Shown: positions 39,096 to 48,830 of the stretch, piece after piece
Position numbering within the stretch: the stretch's first letter is position 1
Layout: each line of letters starts with the position of its first letter
Source of the DNA: Octopus bimaculoides
Lineage: Eukaryota
Length of the DNA stretch: 64,000 bases
Assembly: GCF_001194135.2 (NCBI RefSeq)
Contig: NC_068990.1
Span: 70,371,185-70,435,184, forward strand
Direction of reading: 5' to 3'
Notes under the pieces: generated by a model
The model's database searches: none
What the model was told of the DNA's origin: nothing
What the model saw: only the letters and a program-made list of their open reading frames with translations
Translations under genes and position numbers: made by a program

Positions 39096-39923
39096 TAAGG
39101 CAGAATGCTAAACTGAAAGCATATTTTAATATAGATGTGTATAAGGAGGATTAAAAAGGATTTCTAACCGGCTTTCATTGCATGGCAAATTTTCAAGAAG
39201 AGAGAAAATGAAAATAATGTTTTTTACAAAAAAATAAAAAATATAGAAAAATAAATATACCAATACATTATACTGTCTTTGAGTGTTTAAAGTTCAATGG
39301 TAATCTATGTAGATAATTGTTAAAAAGATTAGGATGCATGTAATTTAAATTCCTTATATTCCCTTTCTATCAATGTAAAGGCAAAATCTCTACACAAGAA
39401 AGAATCAACAAGGAGAATCTTTTTATAGAGAAATTCCAAACGCTTCTTAACATACAAACTTCTCAGTGACCATATTCCCTTCTCTCACCTACCCAATGAA
39501 ATACATATAAATTTACTTCTTGTTTCTCTAAGAACAGACATAAACTTCCTGTTGACAAAGAGTCCAGAACTCCAACTAAAGAGTATAAAACCCACAGAAT
39601 TGTCTTCCCTTACACCTACTTCCTGTTTTGACATCACACTTCCTGTTTAACATAAACTTTCAGCCTTTTCTTAAACACAACACACATCTTAATTACATGC
39701 ATCCTAATCTTTCTAACAATTATCTACATGGATTACCATTGAACTTTAAAAGCTCAAATACAATATAATGTATTGGTATATTTATTTTTCTATATTTTTT
39801 TTTTTTTTNNNNNNNNNNCTTCTTGAAAATTTGCCATGCAATGAAAGCCAGTTAGAAATCCTTTTTAATCCTCCTTATATACATCTATATTAAAATATGC
39901 TTTCAGTTTAGCATTCTGCCTTA
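39096..39923 (+). mobile_element. 5'-truncated Penelope-like element with an inverted copy of its 3' end
   Basis: 39344-39469 translates FKFLIFPFYQCKGKISTQERINKENLFIEKFQTLLNIQTSQ*, resembling a PLE GIY-YIG C-terminus (R..KE..FI.KF...LN). Arm 39096-39345 is the reverse complement of 39691-39923. Confidence 0.75.
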
Positions 39924-40718
39924 TTATTATTATTATTATTATTTATTTTCCTATATATATGTATATATATTCACTGGTTTTCAGACATTGCGCTGAGGCC
40001 ATGCTGGGGCACTGCCTTTAAGAGTTTAGCTGATGCCATTTTTTTTTTATTTTGATGCCTAGTACTTTTGTGTTCATTTCCATTTATTTAACTGTTAAGT
40101 TATGGAACAAGCACACACACACACATACACACATTATACAAGTTTCCACATAGTTTCTGTCTATCATATCTCACTTACAAACCATTAGTTGACCCAAGTC
40201 TATTGTGGAAGACATTTGTCCAAGGTGCCAACAGTAGATCTAAGGTTGCAAAGCAAACTTCTTAACCATACAACTATAAAAGCAGAAATTCTACAAATTG
40301 TACCTCCCCGGTCAAATTTGATGTCTTCACCGCTCAATACTTCTTACTTGCATATTTGCAATTATCTGCATATTTTTCCCATTCAGGTAACAACAGCTGC
40401 AAGTGTCCGTCTGGTTGACATCTGTTTCATGTAGCCATAACTCACTCTTAGCAAATAACATTTTCTTCTCTCTAAATATCAACGAAAGTTTACCTGCCTC
40501 CTGTTTGTTTCAATAATTGAAATGAATGAATGCATTTAAATGTATATACATAGAGTCTGCCATGAATGGAGAGGATTGGGTTGAGCTTGGTCCATTGAAT
40601 AAGTCATGTTAATTTATGACATGGATTGAATGCAATTAAAAGAAACATAACCAGCCATCAGAGTTGTTGGCTGGTGTATGGCAGAGAGATTACTGAGTTG
40701 GCATAGATTTGATGATCA

Positions 40719-41422
40719 AGTTCTGATGTAAGCACATACCCCTCATAACTTTTTTATTCCTACAAATTTTTTTTTTTGATTCTGTCTTCTGCATAATGGA
40801 ATTAATACGATTATGCAATAAAAAATAATTTTCTCTTACACATAACACATTTGGTTCTAGTAGAGATATGTGCTGGTCAAATGATTTTCTTTTACACAAA
40901 CATGTGGTTCTAGTGGAGATATGTGGTTAAATGATTTTCTTTTACACAAACATTTGTGGTTCTAGTAGAGATATGTGCTGGCCAAATGATTTTCTTTTAC
41001 ACAAACATGTGGTTCTAGTGGAGACATGTGGTTAAATGATTTTCTTTTACACAAACATTTGTGGTTCTAGTTGAGATATGTGCTGGTCAAATGATTTTTT
41101 CTTGCACAAACACGTGGTTCTGGTGGAGATATGAGCTGGCCGCCATGCATGATTGTTTAAAACTTTTTCAATTTTGATTTCAAAGTACTTAAAAAAATTA
41201 TTTGGAAATCATAAAGAGAAATGAATGGCAGAATTGGACTGTCCATATTTTAAAACCAAAAATTTAAAAAAAAAAGAAAAAAAAACAGTGGAAAGTTTTG
41301 GAATTAGGTGGGGTGGGGATTAAAAAATTTTTTTATTGCATAATCGCTTTAATTCCAATTGAAAAAATTTTGTGAAAATTTGTAAAAATGAAAAGGTTTT
41401 AGTACATGCTTACATCAGAACT
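40719..41422. mobile_element. Non-autonomous TIR element with internal minisatellite
   Basis: AGTTCTGATGTAAGCA at 40719 and its reverse complement TGCTTACATCAGAACT ending 41422; no TSD identified. Confidence 0.65.
40847..41144. repeat. Higher-order minisatellite: alternating 55/56-bp and 50-bp units (about 105-bp dimer x3)
   Basis: Type A acacaaacatttgtggttctagtagagatatgtgctgg(t/c)caaatgattttctttt alternates with type B acacaaacatgtggttctagtggagatatgtggttaaatgattttctttt. Confidence 0.92.
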
Positions 41423-41672
41423 CCACCGGTTTGATGTATGTTGGATGAAATTGGGAGGGTGGGGGTTTAAGATACGAGATAGTTCAGTATAGATTGACTT
41501 GGTAAGGGTTGATGTAGTTAGATCAACCCCTTCATAGGCAAGATGGTTCAGGATTTAGACACATAGAGAGATGTTACACTGCTCATAGAATAATCTTTTA
41601 TTGACATAGGAAAAGACACTAATGTTGCAGTGGTTGTTGTTGTTTCAACTGAAGGCTCAAAGCTTGAAATTT

Positions 41673-41853
41673 TGGGAGTGGGGACTAGTTGATTAGATCG
41701 ACCCTAATGTTTCACCGGTACTTAATTTATTGACCCTGAAAAGATGAAAGACAAAGTCAACCTCAGCAGCATTTGAACTGAGAATGTGAAGATGGACAAA
41801 ATACTGCTAAGCATTTCACCCAAGTGCTAGCGACTCTGTCAGCTCATCACCTT
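41673..41853 (-). mobile_element. SINE family B
   Basis: Reverse complement of the family B head and body (aggtgatgagctgacagagtcgctagc...); an inverted partner lies at 42091-42247(+). Confidence 0.8.
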
Positions 41854-43519
41854 AATAATAATAATGATAATAAAAATAATAACAACAGCAATAATGGTTT
41901 CTTTTATTTGTCACTGGGGCACCAGATGAGGGGAATGTTACAAGAAAAGTTTACATTTGGTGTGTGTGTGGCAGGGCGTACATAAAAGACAAGGGAAAGA
42001 AAGTAAGAGCAGGAGAGATTAGATAACAAGTATATGGCAAAATCAGTAGAGGGGTTGACAAAATACCTTGAAATATTTAGCTGCACACCCTGACATTCTG
42101 AGTTCTGAGTTCAAATCTTACTGAGGTCAAAATTGTCTTTCATCCATCCATCCAGAATCAATAAAATAACTTAGTTGACCAGTTAAGTACTGGAACTGAT
42201 CTAATTGACTGCATCTATTCATCCAACCAAAATTTTAGGCTTTGTGAAAAAAAATCAGTAATAATGATGTTAGAAACCAATAATAATGATGATGTATTAT
42301 CTCAAAATATAAACTAATGTAATCTATCGAGTATTTCCACCCTGATTTCTCCCATCCACCCTTATATAATGCAAGGTAGCCATGTTTCCCCTCTACAACA
42401 ACAAACTGCTTCCTGTCCTTCTATCATACTTTAACCTCTCAACACCCAGCATGAAGCCACCTCCCTCTCAACTATACTCCTACTCAAGTAAAGGGGACTT
42501 TTAAGTCTTGTGAGCTATTCAGTTGCATAAAGTTATGTAATAAACTCATCAATACTGATAACATGAAAGAAAAAAAACACCCAGTACACTCTATAAAGTG
42601 TTTGGCATTAGGAGGGGCATCAAGCTGTAGAAACTATGTCAAGACAGACGGAGCATGATGCGGTCCTCTGACTCACTGGATCATATCAAACTATCCAACC
42701 ATTCCAGCATGGAAGACGGACATCAAATCATGTTGATGTAGTGTTACGTCATCAAGGCCCTTTAATATAAAACAGTTAAATCATTTCAGTACTTTTAGAT
42801 GTTTTTAAAGCTTAAACTTTATCTTTTATCATTATATTTATATTTTCATCATGATCATTATTTTAACATCTAATTTTTTCATATTTGCATCAGCCAGATG
42901 ATAGAATTTGTTGAGGCAGGTTTGCTATGGCTGAATGCTCTTCCTGTCAACAACCCACACCTGTTTCCAAGCATGGTGAAACATGCTTTTCACAGAAGGC
43001 TGAAAATGAAGAATCTTACCTGTATCATGATGATGACAATGATGATGATGCTCATTTACAACCATCATGTGATGCCTGGACAAGAGTATACTATCTCTCT
43101 CTGTCTCTCTCACTCACACACACACATGCATTCGCACATGTTGGACTTCTTTCAGTTTCCATCTAACAAAGTTAAGCTTTGGTCAACTCAGGGCTAAAGT
43201 ATGAGGTACTTGACTAAGGTATTGCATAGTGGGGCTGAACCTGAGGCCTCATGCCTGGAAAGTAATCTTAACTATTCACCCATGCCTGTATCCATGTTCT
43301 GTTTAACATAGTCTTAGAGACATTATGTATGTAAGAATAAATGAGACGGTTGTACTGTTTTTTTATCATATGTCTGTCTGATTAGTAATAACTTGGAGTT
43401 ATATCACCCGCTATTTACTATGTTAAACTCTTCTACTATGGAGTTATATAAAAAAAAATTTTTGTATGTCTTTTGTAATTTAACATTTATCTAAAATTAT
43501 CATCTTTTATTCTTTTCAG

Positions 43520-43614
43520 TCGACAGAGATATGTTTTGGGTGACACAGCCATGAAAAGGATGGCACAAGCATCTGTATTGCTGTATGGTGTTGGAGGTCT
43601 GGGAATTGAAATTG
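43520..43614 (+). CDS. UBA6: Internal coding exon of ubiquitin-like modifier-activating enzyme 6 (N-terminal, inactive adenylation domain)
   Basis: Polypyrimidine tract and acceptor (cttttattcttttcag), donor gtaagg at 43615. Translates (S)RQRYVLGDTAMKRMAQASVLLYGVGGLGIEI(A). RQRYVLGDTAM matches UBA6 as I recall it (UBA1 has RQLYVLGHEAM). Phase joins the next exon in frame. Confidence 0.93.
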
Positions 43615-43751
43615 GTAAGGAGTCTCACATTATTCTCTCCTTTATATTTTTCTTCCTTGTTTCTTTTTTTGATTTTGGGACCATGTCCCTATTATGTCTA
43701 CTCTTGTGGAAATAATAAAGAAATTAGATTATTATTATTATTATTGTTGTT

Positions 43752-44933
43752 GTTCATTTCACTTCTCAGAGGTCTTGGTTTCACTTGCTTCAGCTAATTT
43801 TGTAACAGTGGACAACAACCTGTTATCAAGGATCTTACAGGGTCTTCTTCCACGATACTTAACATCCAAATACAAATCTCAAAATCCTCAGTCCTCAATA
43901 AAGCAGTTTTCTGAGCATGTTCTACCTTCATGTCAATCCCGATTTCTCTAACAAATTTCTCAAACCTAGTTGTTAAATACTTCTTATGCTCCTATAATTA
44001 CTGGGACAAAAGTTTCTTCATTGTCTACATTCATGGGGGCTTTTACTTCTCAATTTTTTCCAGTTCTTTATCATTCACTCATACATTCTCAGGTATGACA
44101 GTATCCATGATCTTGATTTACTTCATCATTTTATCAAATACAACAATGTCTGGTCCATGAGCAGCAATCACCTAAACGCAATGGGTTGTAAAATCTCACA
44201 AGACCGTATTCTCATCGTTCTCAGTGACACCTTCTGGTTTATACTTGTGTCATTTCAATGTCCTTTCAAAATGTACTTCTCACACAATCTCCTATGAGCA
44301 TGCATAGCTACATTATCATACTTCCTTTTGAGCCAGTTTACTACACTCTCTCCCACAATATGTGAGACTGTTTCATTTTTGACACTACACATCCTATAAA
44401 GGGGTGATTCAATACTCTTATCTATTTGTAACTTATTGTAATTTGTTCTCAAAACTTGTTCCTGAACACTGCATATCAGTGCATCAGTGCATCCTTTCAG
44501 ATCACTATCCCTTAGCCACCTCCAGATGTTGGCATTGCCTTCCCTTCCATATCTTTGAAGTATTGCCCATGCATCACTTTCCAGTTGATCAATCTTTGCT
44601 CTTCATCTTGTTAGATTCTTTTGGGTGTGTCACATTTTCACTAGGTATCGTGTTGCAATGTCTAACAGCAACAACCAAAGGTTTAATCTACTATTTGATG
44701 TACCATGCCAAACTGTTTTCCTCATTGACAACACAGCTCTTGTATTCTATAAGCCCTCTTCATTCCTTGTTTCTAGACATATACAATCTACGTCACTTTT
44801 AAAGTGCAGTTCCATGTTCATCGTCATCACTTTCCTGGTCTGTCTATCCATTTTTTCAAGCTTATTCTTTGTCTATTTAACAACACCTGTGCCATATTGC
44901 ATTAAAGAGACAGTCCATGTATTTATTGCTTAA
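43752..44933 (-). mobile_element. 5'-truncated R4/Dong-like non-LTR element (RLE endonuclease)
   Basis: AINTWTVSLMQYG...LEKMDRQTRKVMT, zinc-finger region RTNYNKLQIDKSIESPLYRMCSVKNETVSHIV, and PDIVVFDK...IMDTVIP (PD-(D/E)xK); 3' end abuts a (TAA)/(CAA) microsatellite. Confidence 0.88.
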
Positions 44934-47067
44934 TCAGTTTGAATATTAAAGTCCCAAGCAAAGGTGGTACCTTTATTTTCTACTACTTTGATAGTCCTAT
45001 GTTCCTGTCAGTTCTCACATACGAATCGAAACTGAGAGCATATGAACCAGTGCAAATACTGACCAAGTTTATCATAGCAATTAATATATTCATTTGAGGT
45101 TAACATAGAGCATCCAGAAATGAGTTGATCATTTTTTCTCTGGATGTACCATAAGAGCAACACGAAAGATCAGCATCAATTTTAAGAATGTTTGTTTAGT
45201 AATTTCTTGTGGCAGACTCTGATTCTGATATCATTATTATTAATATTATCCAGCTCTCAGCTAAATCCATTGTAAATATCCCTATTCATTCCATTGGCCA
45301 GAAAGGGCAGGCAGCTTTATCTGTCTGGTGGTCTTGATGAAAGAGATTGTGTGGTGGACAAGATTAAATGTGATAAAGACAAACTCATGTTCCCCTTTGG
45401 CCATTCTCTCATCGACTTCACAAATTTCTTCTTGAAAAGAGAAATAAGATTGTTGAAAAGTGGACAAGAGTGGTTAACATAGTCCAAGTAAACAGGCCTG
45501 CTCTGAGCATGAGCCTGTGATTGGAGAAGGTTAAGTCTTAGTGGTCAATCTAACCATGTTTTTTGTGCAGTTTTCACAAATAGCTCTTAGATGTCTCCCC
45601 ACTTTTACAGAATTTTTCTTTATTTGAATGTTTGCTTTTGTTATTTCTCTTGTTTACAGTAAATAGTCTTGAATACAATACAGTAATTAGTACGATGACG
45701 AGCTCAGCCTTTGGTGATCTGATATAGCCATCAACAATTGGCCAATCCCATCAAGTTCAGTGTGGTTGGCAGTAGTAGTTGTAGTGTTCATTCTATTTCC
45801 TAAAGATTATTAGTGGGAAGTAAGTGAAATAAGTACAACTAGGAATCAATGAAACCAGGGTAGCATAGTGATTCTATCAGAAGTTTCTCATTTTAGTTTA
45901 CAATATTTACTGTGCCAGTATGAATGGATAAGCAAATATCATCATAATCTGTCTTTTTACTGACATGGATTGGACAGTTTGACAGGAGTTGACAGGTTGA
46001 GGAACTGCATCAGATCCTGTCAACCCATGCCAGCATAGAAGATGGACATTAGCAGAGGAGGAGTAGGATGATGATAACAATGACATTCATTCATGATGGA
46101 GTATGGAACTATGATGATGATATATTGATATTGGTGTTTTGAATGGTAGTGTGGTAGTGATGATGATGGTGATGATTATAACAATGGCAGTATGTACATT
46201 TCACTAGCATTTGTAATTTCTCAACAACTTGCCAGTCCCACATTTCTCAATCATTGAAAAATTTTCAGATTCCATTGCATGCAATACAGAAGAACCTTGT
46301 CTGGTTTGCCATTACCATGGTGAAGTAGAAATTGCAAAATATTTCAGCTATCTCAGTTATGCATATTTACTGCATGTAAGTGGCAGCAGTGTTGGGTTGT
46401 AGCCTTGTTAGTTCTAACTACTACAAGCTACTGTTATATGTCAGCTGTCTCTTGTTAAAGTATTCTCTTTCTTCTTATACACAAACATGTTTATTTTATA
46501 CCTTATATTAATCACTAATGATAGTTGTTGCTGCTCTTCCTAATCTCAAGTTAGTCACTTAGTATGGCCTACTTCCTGCTTAGATTATCGTTACAATCTC
46601 AATCACTTGAAATAGAGCTCCTGGCTTGCCTGAAAGTTCTTATTCATTTTGTATTTACGCTTTTTACTAAAGCATCATTTTCTTTTTCTTTCATGTTAAA
46701 CAGAAACTAAATATGACTTTTTTCTTTTGATTTACATTGGTTTAAACTGGAAGTCAGTTGTTTGTCAACCAAATGTATTTTTACACCCTGCAATGTCTAA
46801 TGAGGACAATGACTTGGTAGGAGTATATATGAGTTTGCATTGGTATAAATATATTGTGAGAGACTGGTGAGAAGACAAAATGCTAAATGAATTAAGTGTA
46901 GGCTTGAGAGAATTTTAAAAAAGTGGAGTTAGAAGAATTTTCAGGAAGTAGACATGCAGATAAGATGATTCAGTATTGTGGTGCATAATAGTATGCTTGC
47001 AAAAAAAAAAAAGGGATATATTGGTGATAACAGTGTTACTGACAATGATGATAATGTGGTAGAACCA

Positions 47068-47941
47068 TATGAGATGGAATCAAAAAGTTCCCTGCATGCC
47101 AACAGATGGCAACATACAGTTGCACATACAGTGAGAGCTAGCAGTGACCTTCATGAGGCAGTGTGTTGAGTGACATCACTGTATTTACTGAGCAAGTTGT
47201 GAAATTTGTGTTTTTGTGATCATATGTCCACTGTAGTCTGCGATTTTGTCATGGACAGGAATAAAGAGCCAATGTAAGATTTTGCATTAAACTTGGGAAG
47301 TCTGCTACAAAGACATTGAGCATGCTTCAACAAGCTTACAGTAATGAGGCAACAAGTCATGCACAATGTTACAAGTGGCATGGGTGCTTCAAAAGCAGAA
47401 GAATGTCCCTGGAAGATGATGAGCTATCTAGAGGATCTGCCATGAGTGTCACCTTGAAAATGTGGTATTGTGCATTGAGAATTCATCCCTTAGGACCAGA
47501 CTATCAATTGATAATTCTACTGTAATGTTTTGAAGCATTTGAGGAAGGACATTCGGCAAAAGTGAATGTGGAGTGCGAAGAGTTGGATTCTTCACTGAGC
47601 TCTCCTCATTCGTGATTTTATCGCCAAAAACAACATGGTATCACTTCTGCACCCACCCTATTTGCCAGATTTAGCACCTGCAAACTTCCATCTCTTCTCC
47701 AAGATGAAAATGCTGCTCATTTTAATACCGTTTTTGAGATCCAGAACAAATCACAGAAGGTCCTCAACTTGCATACAAAAAAATGACTTCTGAGCTAGAT
47801 TCCAAATGTGGCAGAAACTCTGGGACTGGTGTATTGCTGCACAAGGTGACTATTTCAAAGAAGATGATGTTAAAACTTAGGTAAATAAGTTATTTTTTAT
47901 TAAGCATAACTAGTCCGGGAACCTTTTGATACCAACTTGTA
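47068..47941 (+). mobile_element. Internally deleted mariner with both TIRs
   Basis: TATGAGATGGAATCAAAAAGTTCCC vs reverse complement of the right end TACAAGTTGGTATCAAAAGGTTCCC, with TA ends. Remnant transposase RFCIKLGKSAT..LSMLQQAYSNEATSHAQCYKWHGCFKSRRMSLEDD. Confidence 0.88.
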
Positions 47942-47949
47942 AGTGTTGG

Positions 47950-48495
47950 AAAAATGCTTATTTTGGCTCTTTACATTCTGAGTTCATATCCTGCTGAGAT
48001 CAACTTTGTCTTTCATCTTTTCAGGGTCGATAAAATAAAGTACTAGTCAAGTACTAGGGTTGATGGTATTGATTAAAACCCTCCTCTCAAAATTCCTGGC
48101 CTTTTGCCTAAATAAGAAACCATTATTATTATTATAGTGTACTGGCAGATATTACATCAAATAAAATGTTTAGTGGTATTTCTTGCAGCTCTCTTTGTTC
48201 TGAGTTCAAATCCCACTGAGGTAAAGTTTGCCTTTCATCATTTCGAAGTTGATAAAATGAGTATTACTTGAACAGTGGGGTTGACATAATCAGCTAGTCC
48301 CTTTCCCCACAAATTTCAGACCTTGTGCCTATTGTAGAAATTATTATTATTAATGTGACAAGCTGGCAGAATCATTGGCACGCTGAATGAAATGCTTAGT
48401 AGTATTTAGCCCGTCACTATGTTCAGGGTTTAAATTCTGCCGAGGTTGACTTTGCCTTTCATCCTTTCAGGGTCAGTAAATTAAGTACCAGTGAA
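47950..48495 (+). mobile_element. Three tandem SINE family B copies
   Basis: ttctgagttca...ttgcctttcatc...gtcgataaaat recurs near 47975, 48200 and 48425. Confidence 0.82.
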
Positions 48496-48516
48496 ACAGA
48501 CAATACGTAAGTTGTT

Positions 48517-48740
48517 GTGATATCATATCATATATATATGACATACCATATCCTGTGGTAGATCATATATTGCATATTATATTATAAGGCATATCACATT
48601 ATATGTGGTATATCATATTGCATATTATTTCATATGGTATATCATACTGTATATCGTACATTGAATATCAAATTATGGTAAATCATATCACATGGTATAT
48701 CATACAACATATATGGTATACGATGTCTCATGGTATATCC
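48517..48740. repeat. Decayed (ATATC/ATGGT)n pentamer satellite
   Basis: Repeated atatcat and atggtatatc motifs ending about 60 bp upstream of the microexon acceptor. Confidence 0.75.
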
Positions 48741-48801
48741 CTGTCACAAATCTGCTTCTTTATTGTTCCTGTAATTATAATTTTTTTCTTTTGTTTTTCA
48801 G

Positions 48802-48830
48802 CTAAAAACATAGTTCTCGCTGGAATCAAA
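48802..48830 (+). CDS. UBA6: 29-nt coding microexon of UBA6 (AKNIVLAGIK)
   Basis: Strong acceptor (tttttttcttttgtttttcag) and consensus donor gtaagt at 48831. G|CT AAA AAC ATA GTT CTC GCT GGA ATC AAA continues the previous exon into the E1 motif EIAKNxVLAGIK. Confidence 0.9.

Noticed and set aside
40847-41144. Regular repeat array superficially like CRISPR
   Set aside because: There are no unique spacers, the units are contiguous, the context is eukaryotic and no cas genes are present.
45261-45340. cag|CT AAA TCC ATT GTA (AKSIV) as a mutually exclusive twin of the AKNIV microexon
   Set aside because: Similarity ends after five residues, the acceptor tract is weak, there is no donor at +29 and the frame hits a stop; most likely chance.
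43520-48830. Calling the exons UBA1
   Set aside because: RQRYVLGDTAM and LAGIK fit UBA6; UBA1 has RQLYVLGHEAM and LGGVK as I recall them.
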